A stretch of DNA of 64,000 nt, from contig CAVTHK010000016.1 in NCBI GenBank assembly GCA_963734495.1, positions 96,001 to 160,000 on the forward strand, written 5' to 3'. Source of the stretch: an uncultured Spirochaetota bacterium. Lineage in GTDB: Bacteria > Spirochaetota > Spirochaetia > SZUA-6 > CAVTHK01. Positions 9,763 to 19,409 of the stretch are shown here, in pieces; the stretch's first letter is position 1, and each line of letters begins with the position of its first letter. Under the pieces are notes generated by a model that was given only the letters and a program-made list of their open reading frames with translations, was not told the origin of the DNA and made no database searches. Position numbers and translations under genes: made by a program.

Positions 9763-10725
9763 CTACACCCTCGGCCTGTCCAGCCGGATCCGGGGATCGG
9801 CTGACCCGTAGACGAGGTCTGTAGCCAGGTTCACGAGGACAAAGATCGACGCGATGACGAGCACGATGGCCTGGATCACGGGATAGTCGCGCTGGTAGAT
9901 CGCGTAGAGAGCAAGCCGGCCCATGCCGGGGAGGGCGAAGACCTCTTCGATCACGATCGCGCCGCCGAGGAGATAGCCCGTGTTGAAGCCCGCGACCGTG
10001 ATGACCGGGAGGATGGCGTTCCGGAGGGCGTGGCGCAGGATCACGGCGCTGCGCTTGAGGCCCTTCGCCTTCGCGGTCCGGACGTAGTCCGACTGCAGGA
10101 CCTCGAGCATGCTGTTGCGCGTGTAGCGCATGATGACGGCGGCGAGGCCTATGCCGATCGCGAGCGAAGGCAGCAGGAGCATCCGCAGGTTCCTGATCGG
10201 GTCGGCTGCGAAGCTCACAAAGCCGCCCATCGGAATCCAGCCGCGGAAGCCGGAAAACGCAAGCACCATGAGGGCAGCGAGCCAGAACTGCGGCAGCGAC
10301 AGCCCGAGGAGGCCGATCACGCGGATCGAGATGTCCATCAGCGGCTTCTGCCGCAGCGAGGAGAGCACGCCGAGCGGGATCCCGATCGCAAGGGCGAGGA
10401 TGAGAGCCAGCAGGGTGATCTCGATGCTCAAGGGGAGGCGGCTCAGGATATCGGGAAGGACGGACCTGCCGGTGCGGAGGGAATAGCCGAAGTCGGCCTT
10501 CAATATTCTTCCTAACCACTCCAGGTAGAGAACGGGCACCGGCTTGTCCTCTCCGAAGAGCCGCTTGAGCTCCACCATCTGCTCGGGCGTCGCCTCGACC
10601 TGTGTCCCGAGAAACATCTGCAGCGCCGAGCCGGGGACGAGGCGGATGAGAAAGAACACGATGATCGAGACGCCAAGGAGGACGGGGATCAGAGAGAGAA
10701 GCCTGCTGGCGATGTATCGGCCCAT
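9763..10725 (-). CDS. Peptide-type ABC permease (OppB/DppB-like)
   Basis: DYVRTAKAKG, RHALRNA, RDYPVIQ and DPRI. Confidence 0.93.
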   Translation of the reverse strand: MGRYIASRLLSLIPVLLGVSIIVFFLIRLVPGSALQMFLGTQVEATPEQMVELKRLFGEDKPVPVLYLEWLGRILKADFGYSLRTGRSVLPDILSRLPLSIEITLLALILALAIGIPLGVLSSLRQKPLMDISIRVIGLLGLSLPQFWLAALMVLAFSGFRGWIPMGGFVSFAADPIRNLRMLLLPSLAIGIGLAAVIMRYTRNSMLEVLQSDYVRTAKAKGLKRSAVILRHALRNAILPVITVAGFNTGYLLGGAIVIEEVFALPGMGRLALYAIYQRDYPVIQAIVLVIASIFVLVNLATDLVYGSADPRIRLDRPRV

Positions 10726-10793
10726 ATCGCGGCAGAGCCGGCGCCCGTCCCCGATCCGTCACGATCCGGGGAAGACGCCGGCTCCTCTGTCTG

Positions 10794-12299
10794 CTATTCC
10801 ACTTTCGCGTAGGTCAGGTAGTAGAGGCTGCCGTTGCCGACCTGCTTGAAGCCCTTGACCCTCGGGCTGAGGACCTGGCTCTCGACGGGGCAGTAGAGGA
10901 AAACGGCGGGGGCCCGCTCCGTGAGGAGAGCCTGCAGCTTGTCGTAGACCGGCTTGCGGTCCGCGTAGCTTGTCAGAGTGCGGCCCTGATCGAGCAGCTT
11001 GTCCACGTCGGCGTCCTTGAACAGGAAGTTGTTGACGCCGCCTGTGCTGTGGAAGGTCCTGTACAGGAATCGGTCGGGTTCGGGCGAGCCGCCCCTGAGC
11101 TCGATCATCGTGTCGAAGTCGCGCTTGACCCAGCGGTCGATGTACACGCCCCACTCGACGACTTCGAGCTGGGCGTCGATGCCGATCTTTTTGAGCTGGT
11201 CCTGGGCGATCTGGGCGACGGCGAGGCCGCCTTCGTAGGTGCTGGAGCAGACGATCTTGAAGGAGAGCCCGTTCGGGTAGCCGGCCTGCGCCAGCAGGCT
11301 CTTCGCCCGGGCTATGTCCGGAGACGCAAACGGCAGCTTTGACGGCGGCAGCGCCCACTGGGTCACCGCCACCGGGAGGGGACCTGTGACCTGCGCCGCG
11401 CCGAACTCGGCGGCGGCGACGATCTCGTCGCGGTTGAGGGTGAGGGCGATCGCGTCGCGCACGCGCACGTCGTCGAACGGCTTGCGGCTCGTGTTGAAGC
11501 TGAAGATGCGCACGTTGATGCCCGGCTTTCGCATCACGACGACCTTGGGGTCCCGGGCAGCCAGGCGCACGGTCGGGGCGTCGCTGATGGTGGCCATGTC
11601 GAGCTCTCCGGACCTGACGCCGGCGAGGAGCGAAGCCTGCTCGGGGATCACGCGGAAGATCACCTTGTCGACGACGGGCGCGCCCTTCTCGAAGTAATTG
11701 GGATTCCGGACGAGAGTCATGGAGTTGTCCGGCAGCCACTCCTTGAGCATGAAGGGGCCGGTGCCGACCGCGACCTTCTGGAGGTTGCCGTTCTTCTCGA
11801 CCTCTTCCCTGGGCACGATGGCCAGGTTGTTGGACGAGAGGCCGTCGAGAAGGGAAGGCAGCGGGGCCGTCAGCGTGACCCGCACGGTGTAGGGATCGAC
11901 GACGTCGATGGCCTTGACCGACGAAATGTACGATCGTCCGGGCGAAGCCGTCTTGGGATCGAGGACACGGTTGAGCGAGTACTGCACGTCCTCGGCGCGG
12001 AGCTCGCGGCCGTTGTGGAACTTGACGCCCTTGCGCAGGTGGAACACGTACGTCACGTTGTCCGGGTTGTCCCACGACTCGGCGAGATCGGGCACGATGG
12101 CGAGGTTCTCGTCTACGCGCACGAGCTTGTTGTAGAGAAGGTCGATGCGTCGGTGCGAAGAGAAGGCGGTGACGATGTTCGGGTCGAGCCCGACCGCCTC
12201 CTGGTCCACGCCGATCGTGAGAACGCTCTCCGCCACGGCGGTCGCGCTGAACGCGAGGGCCATGGTGAAGGCTGCCAGCAGAACTACGTGTTTCTTCAT
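10794..12299 (-). CDS. ABC substrate-binding protein, family 5
   Basis: Signal peptide; PDLAESW, FHLRKGVKFHNG and GTGPF. Confidence 0.93.
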   Translation of the reverse strand: MKKHVVLLAAFTMALAFSATAVAESVLTIGVDQEAVGLDPNIVTAFSSHRRIDLLYNKLVRVDENLAIVPDLAESWDNPDNVTYVFHLRKGVKFHNGRELRAEDVQYSLNRVLDPKTASPGRSYISSVKAIDVVDPYTVRVTLTAPLPSLLDGLSSNNLAIVPREEVEKNGNLQKVAVGTGPFMLKEWLPDNSMTLVRNPNYFEKGAPVVDKVIFRVIPEQASLLAGVRSGELDMATISDAPTVRLAARDPKVVVMRKPGINVRIFSFNTSRKPFDDVRVRDAIALTLNRDEIVAAAEFGAAQVTGPLPVAVTQWALPPSKLPFASPDIARAKSLLAQAGYPNGLSFKIVCSSTYEGGLAVAQIAQDQLKKIGIDAQLEVVEWGVYIDRWVKRDFDTMIELRGGSPEPDRFLYRTFHSTGGVNNFLFKDADVDKLLDQGRTLTSYADRKPVYDKLQALLTERAPAVFLYCPVESQVLSPRVKGFKQVGNGSLYYLTYAKVE

Positions 12300-12329
12300 A
12301 GCTCCTCCTACAGAAGCTTGCTTCCCGAA

Positions 12330-13562
12330 TCAGAGAGTGAGGTGGCCGAGGACCACGGGCGCCCGCGCGCCCGTCACCGCGGGCAGGTTGCCGGGCCGGC
12401 CCATCAGCGACTCGTGCCCGAGCACAGCGAACGCCATCGCCTCGCGCGCCTGGTCGGGCACGCCGCGCGCGGACGTCGTGGTGACGACGATCGCCGCGGG
12501 CAGCCGCTCGCGGAGCATCCGCAGCAGGGTGGGATTCAGGGCACCGCCGCCGCAGGCGAGGACCTCGTCCACGCGGGTTGTGGGGAGTATGAAGTCCCGG
12601 TACGCGCGCGCCATGGATTCCGCGGCGAAGGCCGTCGCGGTGGCGACGGTGTCCTCGAAGTCGAGCCCTCGCGAGCGCGCGTCGGCCATGAAGCGGTCGG
12701 CGAACGCCGCGCCGTAGACCTCGCGCCCCGTGCTCTTGGGCGGCTTGCGCGCGAAGTAGGGGTCGCGCATGGAGAGCTCGACCATCTGAGCGCTCGGCTT
12801 GCCCCGGGCCGCGATGGCTCCGTCCGCGTCGTAGCCCATCTTGCCGTCGGTCCCGAGCCGCACGACGCCATCGATCACTATGTTTCCGGGCCCGGTGTCG
12901 AAGGCGACGATCTGGCTGGCGGCTGCGGCCGCGGGGATGACGGTCGCGTTCCCGATGCCCCCGATGTTCTGCACGATCCTTCCCTTTTCGGGGCTGCCGA
13001 AAAGGAGCGCGTCGAGGTAGGGGGCGAGGGGCGCGCCTTCGCCTCCCGCGGCCATGTCGCGTGCGCGCAGGTCGGCCACGACGGGAATGCCCGTGCGTTC
13101 GCGCACGACGTCGCTGGAGCCGATCTGCAGGGTCCCCTTGACCGGCATGGGCCCGACGGGGCCGGGAAAGGGGCGGGGCTCGGGAGCGTGCCACACCGTC
13201 TGGCCGTGCATGCAGACGGCGTCTATGCGCGCGCGGTTGACGCCCGACTCGGCGAGCACCATCTCCACGGCTTTCGCGTACCACTCGGAGAGGCCGAAAT
13301 GCGCGTATACCAGGTCGTCTATGCGCGCGCTCTCGACGCGGCAAAGGTCTGAGAGCAGCCGCCGGAGATCGACGCTATAGGGGAGATAGCTATGATGAAG
13401 CAGCGTGACTTCGCGGATCGCTCCGTCAGGCTTCGTCTCGATCCGCACGAGGGCCGCGTCGACGCCGTCGAGCGAAGTGCCCGACATCAGGCCGATGACC
13501 AGGTGCTCGTGCTTCGAAGCGTACTTTTTCCGGTCCACTGAAACGTCGGGAGCTCCGTCCAT
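12330..13562 (-). CDS. anmK: Anhydro-N-acetylmuramic acid kinase
   Basis: IGLMSGTSLDGVD, HGQTVWH, DMAAGGEGAPL, NIGGIGN, FDTGPGN, KSTGRE and CGGGALN. Confidence 0.95.
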   Translation of the reverse strand: MDGAPDVSVDRKKYASKHEHLVIGLMSGTSLDGVDAALVRIETKPDGAIREVTLLHHSYLPYSVDLRRLLSDLCRVESARIDDLVYAHFGLSEWYAKAVEMVLAESGVNRARIDAVCMHGQTVWHAPEPRPFPGPVGPMPVKGTLQIGSSDVVRERTGIPVVADLRARDMAAGGEGAPLAPYLDALLFGSPEKGRIVQNIGGIGNATVIPAAAAASQIVAFDTGPGNIVIDGVVRLGTDGKMGYDADGAIAARGKPSAQMVELSMRDPYFARKPPKSTGREVYGAAFADRFMADARSRGLDFEDTVATATAFAAESMARAYRDFILPTTRVDEVLACGGGALNPTLLRMLRERLPAAIVVTTTSARGVPDQAREAMAFAVLGHESLMGRPGNLPAVTGARAPVVLGHLTL

Positions 13563-13618
13563 GGTTTGCGTATCCGCGCAGCGCGGGTTCGTCTCGTTGA
13601 CGCGCTCGTCCCGCGATT

Positions 13619-13647
13619 AGTATATGGCCGCCTCCCGCGGCAAGCAA
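13619..13647 (-). promoter_or_regulatory. sigma70-type promoter of anmK operon
   Basis: TTGCTT-N17-TATACT on the minus strand. Confidence 0.5.
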
Positions 13648-13685
13648 ACGGAGCGGGGGCGACGGGGTCGAACGCCGCGCGTAGA

Positions 13686-13720
13686 CGAACCGTGGTTGCC
13701 GGGGCGGGCCCACGGTTGTG
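13686..13720. repeat. Paired AACCRYGGTT-type palindromes (copy 1)
   Basis: cgAACCGTGGTT-N10-GCCCACGGTTgtg; aligns with 17216-17250. Confidence 0.55.
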
Positions 13721-14015
13721 CCGAGGTATGTTGCTCCGCAGGAAGCAATTGCCGGCGTACGTCCCGCGGGCAATGTGCCGGCACGCTGCCCGCGCCAGGC
13801 AGTCCGAAGTCCTGCGGGGCGGGAACCTTCATCCGACAGACGTGAGGGGGACCAAGTCGGTTCGGGTCTTCGGCTACGCAGGCCGCATCGTCGGCTCTGC
13901 GCTGGCGGTCGCCGCGAGAGGGACAGACAGCGCATTCCTTCGCCGCGCCATCGGCCGACCGAGGCCCCCCGTGCGGGCGGCCGAGCTCGGCGCACGGCCG
14001 CCCAGCGCGTTGCGA

Positions 14016-15257
14016 TCAGTGCGACACCTCGTTCGAATAGCCGCTTTCCATCCCTGCTGAGCTATACGCCGTGGCCGCGAAGTAGTGCGTGATACCAGGC
14101 TGCAGTCCCGTCACTGTGAAGGTGGTGACGTTTCCTGCGTCCACGACGCGGTCGTAAGTCCCGCTCGTGGTGCCGTAGTGCACCTTGTAGCCTGCCACAT
14201 CCGCGCCTGTGGACGGATCCCACGCCAGAGTTACGGAAGTCGATGGGACGGTAGCGGTGACGGCGAAAGAGACACCCGTTGTTCCCGCGCGCAGGCCGTC
14301 CGCGGTAAAGGCCGTAACGTCGAGCCGATGCGAGCCGGGCGGCAGGTCCGCGGGGACTGATAGAGCCCCTCCGATGTGCCGGAATATCCCGTTCAGATAC
14401 CAGGCATAGACGAGATTGCCTGTGACCCCTTCCACAGACGCCGTGACCGTGAATCCGGTGCCTTGCGCGACTGTTGCGAGGTGGCCGAAGAGATTCACCG
14501 CCAGCGGAACGTCAGGCTGCGGCGTGATGTTGGTCTGCACGCTGGGAGCGGCGGCGTCGACATCGGTGAATGCAACCTCGACGCTTGTGGTGGCGTTCTT
14601 CTGGATCTGGACGACCTCGATCGCGCCGGCAACGACCGCGCCGCCGTCCAGCAGCCGGAGCGTAAGGGTGGCGGCGCCGGCGGGTATCTTTGCAATTGTG
14701 GAGCTGGAGACCCCGGACCCCAAGGTGAAGGACAACGACTTGGCTGTGCCCGATTGAGGCACGAGCTGGGCATCGATCGACGGTGCGGCGACCTGCGCGG
14801 CCGGCCAGCTCAGCGTCACCCGCAGCGCGCCGTACCCTGACACCGGCCTGACTTTGACGGCCGCGGCCGCCGACGTGGCGGACGTGACCGTGACCTGGGT
14901 CGTCCCTTTGCCGACGACGTCGCCGCTTGCGTTCGCGGCTTCCACGGTCACATCCCAAACGCCGGTCTTGAGGCTCTGGATTTCCGCCGTAGTGCCCTGC
15001 GCCGATCGGACAAAGTCGGTGCCCTGCGGCCCGCGCCCCGTGATCACATGCGATACCGCGGTCATGTCGATCGTCGGGTCGGCTGACGGGGCAAGAAGGT
15101 CGTCGAGCGTGAGCAGCAACGTGCCCGTATCGGGCGCACCATCCTGGCCATCCGACCCGGCCGAGCGTATCCCCGGGGGTAGACAGCCGGCGATGGTGAA
15201 CGTAGCGATGGTCAGGAGTGCGGCCGGCGTCAGCGCCCGCCGCTTCGTTTGAGTCAT
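14016..15257 (-). CDS. Lipoprotein with Ig-like regions and a C-terminal fibronectin type III domain
   Basis: Basic N-terminus, hydrophobic core and lipobox IAGC; C-terminal VTLAWD..VAGYKVHYGT...VTGLQPG..YFAATAY..ESGYSNEV Fn3 signature; GGAGG SD. Confidence 0.85.
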   Translation of the reverse strand: MTQTKRRALTPAALLTIATFTIAGCLPPGIRSAGSDGQDGAPDTGTLLLTLDDLLAPSADPTIDMTAVSHVITGRGPQGTDFVRSAQGTTAEIQSLKTGVWDVTVEAANASGDVVGKGTTQVTVTSATSAAAAVKVRPVSGYGALRVTLSWPAAQVAAPSIDAQLVPQSGTAKSLSFTLGSGVSSSTIAKIPAGAATLTLRLLDGGAVVAGAIEVVQIQKNATTSVEVAFTDVDAAAPSVQTNITPQPDVPLAVNLFGHLATVAQGTGFTVTASVEGVTGNLVYAWYLNGIFRHIGGALSVPADLPPGSHRLDVTAFTADGLRAGTTGVSFAVTATVPSTSVTLAWDPSTGADVAGYKVHYGTTSGTYDRVVDAGNVTTFTVTGLQPGITHYFAATAYSSAGMESGYSNEVSH

Positions 15258-15320
15258 GACAGTACCTCCGTCTCGCCGGATGACCGCTCGACAGAGGCAC
15301 CTGCACCGGAGGCCGTATCG

Positions 15321-15412
15321 AGTCGGCAGCCGTGCAACCATTTCGGGCAGCTCGCCCGAGGCAGGCCACGTGCTTTGCGCCACCTCCTTTCGGAGGCTTC
15401 GCCTTTTTCGAC
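15321..15412 (-). ncRNA. Cyclic di-GMP-I (GEMM-I) riboswitch
   Basis: Minus strand GTCGAAAAAGGCGAAGCCTCC-GAAA-GGAGGTGGCGCAAAGCACGTGGCCTG...ATGGTTGCACGGCTGCCGAC: GNRA-capped P2, CGCAAAGC junction, GCTGCC 3' end and GTCG/CGAC P1. Confidence 0.85.
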
Positions 15413-15425
15413 CGTTGATGGTTAG

Positions 15426-15442
15426 TGCAAGGGACGTGCCAG
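15426..15442 (-). promoter_or_regulatory. sigma54 (-24/-12) promoter
   Basis: CTGGCACGTCCCTTGCA matches TGGCACG-N4-TTGC; predicted +1 near 15415, directly at the riboswitch. Confidence 0.8.
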
Positions 15443-15822
15443 ACGATGAATACGATCCAAGCGCCTTGGCGAAATGCAGTTACGATCGTTGCGCGCGAAG
15501 GCGCGAAGGGCTGGCCGTTTCGTTAGCGATAGTCTTTGCCAAACCAACGTCACACCTGCGTAACAGGCGGAGAGCCCTGGACTCGACCGCCTGACAGCAT
15601 GCGCGACAAGCAAGTTCGCGCGGAGGGCTGCGTCGGCGGGCGTCAACAGGACACGGTCGTCGAAGACAAGGAGCTCGGCAAAGTGTTCGGACGGTCGCTG
15701 CCACGGAGCGCGGCGCGATGCCGACTGAGCTTACGTCGACCCGGGGCGGTCGTCTACTTTGATCTGGTATGTGACCGCGCGTCCCGGCGCACGGGCTCGA
15801 GCGGAGGGGCAGCCCCGCGCAG

Positions 15823-17079
15823 TCACTCCGGGGGGCGGCTGTCCGTCGGCCGCCTGACTTCGCGCCGAGCCCGCAGGTCTCCAAAGGTCGCGACCCCGAA
15901 GCCGGCAACCGCCGTCAGCAGCAGTCCGCCGCCGATGTGGAACGCGCCGGCCAGCCCCACCGCCTGGCCCAGCACCCCGAACAGGGACGGGCCGATGATC
16001 TGCGCGAGTCGGTTCGCGAGGAGCCTGAGCCCCATCACCTTTCCCCGGTCGCGTTCGGCGCTGTCGTTCACCATGATCATGATGCTCACGGGCAGGTTGA
16101 GCCCGACCGCGCTCCCCATCAGCATGATGACGAGACCGAACAGGACCGCGTTGACGGAAGCGAGAGGCAGCAGAGCCAGGCATGAGGCCGCCACGCACCC
16201 CGCGACAATCAGCAGGCGCTCCAGCCCGACCCTTTTGACCATCCAGGAGAGGAAGAACCTGAAGGTCAGCCCGGCCAGCCCGTTGAGCGACACCATGGCC
16301 GAGATCATCCCCGTGCCGTAGCCCGCGTCGCTCAGATAGAGCGGGATAAAGCTGAAGGACATTGACTGCATGAACATGATGAGGAACGTGGCCATTAGGC
16401 CGAACTGCACGCCGCGGTTGCGAGCGAGCTCGAAGCCGCTCAGGTAGCTGCGGAGCATCTCTCGCGGGGTCACCAGCGCACGCGCGCCCGCGGCGCGGCC
16501 TCCACCTGCGCCAGCATCGGCTGACTCGCGGAACCCCAGCAGCAGGACGACCGTCGCGACGAGGGACACCGCCGTCGCCGCGGCAAAGGCAAAGTGATAC
16601 CCGGCGCCGCCGCCGCCCGCCAGGCCCACGACTCCTCCTCCGAGCAGAGGGCCGACCATCCCGCCGCCGGACATGGCCACGGAATAGTGGTTGATGTTGC
16701 GGTTGCGCTCCTTTACACCGCCCTCCGAGGCGAGCACCTGCAGCGACGACGCAGCGACGATGATCGACGCGCCGAGGATCATCTGCCCCACACCGAGGAG
16801 CAGCAGGTTGCCGGTGACCGCGGTCACGGCCAGCGAAGCCACCAGGAGGACGAACCCGACCCTGGCCATCGTCAACGCGCCGACGACGTCGATGAGCTGC
16901 CCGACCGGCATCGCGATGAACATAGGGACCAGGGCGCGCAACGTGACGAGCAAACCGATGGTCGCGGTCGAAGCGCCCAGCGACTGGGCATAGAGGGAGA
17001 AGAAGGGCTGCGCGATCGACGTGATCGTAAAGAAGACCGCGGCGCCCGCGATGCCCGCGACGTGAGGCTTACCCCGCAT
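15823..17079 (-). CDS. MFS transporter
   Basis: About 12 hydrophobic helices; GQLIDVVG loop motif; DRGKVMG. Confidence 0.9.
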   Translation of the reverse strand: MRGKPHVAGIAGAAVFFTITSIAQPFFSLYAQSLGASTATIGLLVTLRALVPMFIAMPVGQLIDVVGALTMARVGFVLLVASLAVTAVTGNLLLLGVGQMILGASIIVAASSLQVLASEGGVKERNRNINHYSVAMSGGGMVGPLLGGGVVGLAGGGGAGYHFAFAAATAVSLVATVVLLLGFRESADAGAGGGRAAGARALVTPREMLRSYLSGFELARNRGVQFGLMATFLIMFMQSMSFSFIPLYLSDAGYGTGMISAMVSLNGLAGLTFRFFLSWMVKRVGLERLLIVAGCVAASCLALLPLASVNAVLFGLVIMLMGSAVGLNLPVSIMIMVNDSAERDRGKVMGLRLLANRLAQIIGPSLFGVLGQAVGLAGAFHIGGGLLLTAVAGFGVATFGDLRARREVRRPTDSRPPE

Positions 17080-17215
17080 AGCCGCGCGCCCGTTCTCTGC
17101 TGAGCTGCATCGGCACGACTGTATCCGAGAAAGCGCGGGTCTGTGGAGCGGTCGTCAGCCGGAGTTCAGGTTGAAGGTTTTCGCGGCGCGTTCGCCTCGC
17201 TTCGGGGCGCCCCGG

Positions 17216-17250
17216 CGAACCACGGTTGCGCCGGCGCAACCGCGGTTGTG
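17216..17250. repeat. Paired AACCRYGGTT palindromes (copy 2)
   Basis: cgAACCACGGTT-N10-AACCGCGGTTgtg. Confidence 0.55.
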
Positions 17251-17421
17251 AAAGCGTGGGGCCCGCGCGCCTGCAGCCCGGACGGCGCGCGCACGTATCT
17301 CTCTTGCCGCGCGAGCGTTAGTGACGGCTGGGGCGCCCGCCGCCCCAGTGGCACGCCCCATGCTCTGTTGTGGGCAGGCGCCGCTGTGCGCCTTCAATTT
17401 TCTACAATCAGGAGGACTCGC

Positions 17422-18138
17422 ATGACAGGTTCGCTGCAGGTCAAGGGGTGCGCGTCGATGGCAGGCGGCTCGACGCGCAACACGAAGTGCGTGCGATGGC
17501 TGCCGATCTTTGTTCTTTGCGGCCTCATACTGCCGTCCGTCGCTCCCGCGCAAGAGGTGAGCTTGGGAGCGAGGATCGGGGGAGGGCTCTCGTTTCTCGG
17601 CGGAAGCGACTGGAACGACGCGCTGAACTTTCTCGTTCATGGCCGCAACAAAGTACGATCCGGCTTCACGGTCGGGGCGTTCCTGAGCTTCCAGATCACG
17701 CAAGGATTCTGCATCCAGTCCGGCATTGCCTATACGAGGACAGGCGGCGCCTATGACTATTTCGAGGATACCATGCTCTTCGAAACCGTCGACGGAACGG
17801 TCACCGCGAGCGCTCTGGAGCTGCCTCTCCTCCTGGCTCCGCAATTCCCGGCGGGAACCGGCAGGTTGCAGGTGTTCATCGGTCCCGACGTGATTCTCCT
17901 TCTGGGGGACATCGAATACAAGGAGGAAGCGGCCGGGATCTCCGCGAGCGCCAAAGCGGCGCCTGACAACAGCCTGGTCCTGGGCATGAAGGCTGGGATC
18001 GCGTACGTGCATCCGGCCGGCGCTGGGGACGTAGTGGTAGAGCTGAGCTACACGAGAACGCTCACGGAGATCTTCGAGGACGACAACACTGCCGTCAACG
18101 CCGTGCTGGCGACGGTGGGATACCAGATACGGCTGTAG
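17422..18138 (+). CDS. Outer-membrane beta-barrel (porin-like) protein
   Basis: GGAGGA SD and signal peptide; amphipathic strands (GFTVGAF, LELPLL, FIGP); C-terminal TVGYQIRL. Confidence 0.7.
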   Translation: MTGSLQVKGCASMAGGSTRNTKCVRWLPIFVLCGLILPSVAPAQEVSLGARIGGGLSFLGGSDWNDALNFLVHGRNKVRSGFTVGAFLSFQITQGFCIQSGIAYTRTGGAYDYFEDTMLFETVDGTVTASALELPLLLAPQFPAGTGRLQVFIGPDVILLLGDIEYKEEAAGISASAKAAPDNSLVLGMKAGIAYVHPAGAGDVVVELSYTRTLTEIFEDDNTAVNAVLATVGYQIRL

Positions 18139-18326
18139 GCGGCGACCTTCCGCGAGTCGAGCCGAGCCGAACGCGGGGGAGGCCGCGCTCCAGGTGAGGG
18201 GCCGATCCAGTGAGCCGCGGAGGGGGATGCGGCCCGTCGGAATCCGCCGACGGGCTTGCGCCCGGGAGGAGGGCCGATGGCAGAGACACGAGGCCCGAGC
18301 CGTCGGGTAGTCCGCGGCACAACGCT

Positions 18327-18807
18327 ACGCTGCTGCGGGCCATCGACGCCTACGAGACGTTCAGCCGGCTGCTGACGGATGCGTGGGAGAGCAGCCTTCA
18401 TTCTATGACTCGCAAGGCAGGGAGGACTCAGCTCGCGGAGATCGCTGCGGCGGCGCCCGTGCGCGAGGCCGCGGCGAGAGTGCCCGGGATGTGGAGCGAG
18501 CTGTCGGACCTGCTGCAGCCCTTCGGGCTGGCGGTGTCTTTCGACGAGAACTTCGCGTGGACCTCCAGGCAGGCGGCGCCCGAGGAGTGGATCGCCGGCC
18601 TGCTCGAGCATCACCTGGAGGTGCAGCGGCACAAGCCGCCTGACGGCAAGAACCCGTGGTTCGAGACGCTGCCGGATGGGTCGGCGGTGATCCGGGCTGC
18701 ATACAGGCGGCCCGAGGCGGCCGGAGCCGACGGAGGAGTACGTGCACGCGTACCGGACGGGATCGCTGTGGTCCTTTGCGCGCGATCTCGGGATGGTGAG
18801 GACGTAG
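18327..18807 (+). pseudogene. 3' fragment of an unidentified gene ('gene A'; frameshift near 18735)
   Basis: Protein-like reading LLRAIDAYETFSRLL...HHLEVQRHKPPDGKNPWFE, then EYVHAYRTGSLWSFARDLGMVRT*; no start codon. Confidence 0.55.
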
Positions 18808-18905
18808 GCGGGCAGCATGGCGAGAGAGAAACAGGCGAACAGGCTGCTGGACCACTGGGTACCGCCCGACGGCGCCGGCGAGGCGGTGGGGTGCGTGGCG
18901 ACGAC
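18784..18905. repeat. 122-bp direct repeat, left copy
   Basis: Matches 19853-19974 with 6 substitutions counted by eye. Confidence 0.93.
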
Positions 18906-18950
18906 TCTTCCCGCTCGGCGCCGCGGCGTGCCGCGGTGAACGGTGTGACT

Positions 18951-18979
18951 TTGACCTGCGGAAAGCGAATCGACATACT
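18951..18979 (+). promoter_or_regulatory. sigma70-type promoter of MNT-HEPN module
   Basis: TTGACC-N17-CATACT. Confidence 0.55.
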
Positions 18980-19103
18980 ATCCGCGGAGTTGCAGACCTG
19001 CGAGGGGCAATCCCACGGCTGCCGTTCAAGCCGATCGACGGCGGGGTAGCTCCGTCAAGATCGCCGACAGCCGGCAGGACCTGAAGGTCAAGGAGAGAGG
19101 GCG

Positions 19104-19409
19104 ATGAACGCAAGGCTCACCATCTCCCGTGAGAGGATCGCGGCCTTCTGTCGGGAGCATGGAATTCGGCGACTGGCAGTATTCGGCTCGGCGCTCCGGG
19201 AAGACTTTGGCCCACAGAGTGACGTTGACGTGCTGGTGGAGTTCGAGCCGGATCGCATTCCCGGCCTTTTTGGGGTCGCCCGTCTGGAGAGGGAACTGTC
19301 GTCGGTGTTTGGCGGGCGAAAGGTGGACCTACGAACGCCGGAGGATCTCAGCCGCTATTTCCGCCAGAGCGTGATCGAGGCGGCCGAGGTGCAGTATGCG
19401 CAAGGATGA
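19104..19409 (+). CDS. Minimal nucleotidyltransferase (MNT) antitoxin
   Basis: [18 protein letters not shown] and RKVDLRT. Confidence 0.93.
   Translation: MNARLTISRERIAAFCREHGIRRLAVFGSALREDFGPQSDVDVLVEFEPDRIPGLFGVARLERELSSVFGGRKVDLRTPEDLSRYFRQSVIEAAEVQYAQG

Noticed and set aside
15501-15517. 17-bp match to 52665-52681 (GCGCGAAGGGCTGGCCG)
   Set aside because: GC-rich with unrelated flanks; plausible by chance.
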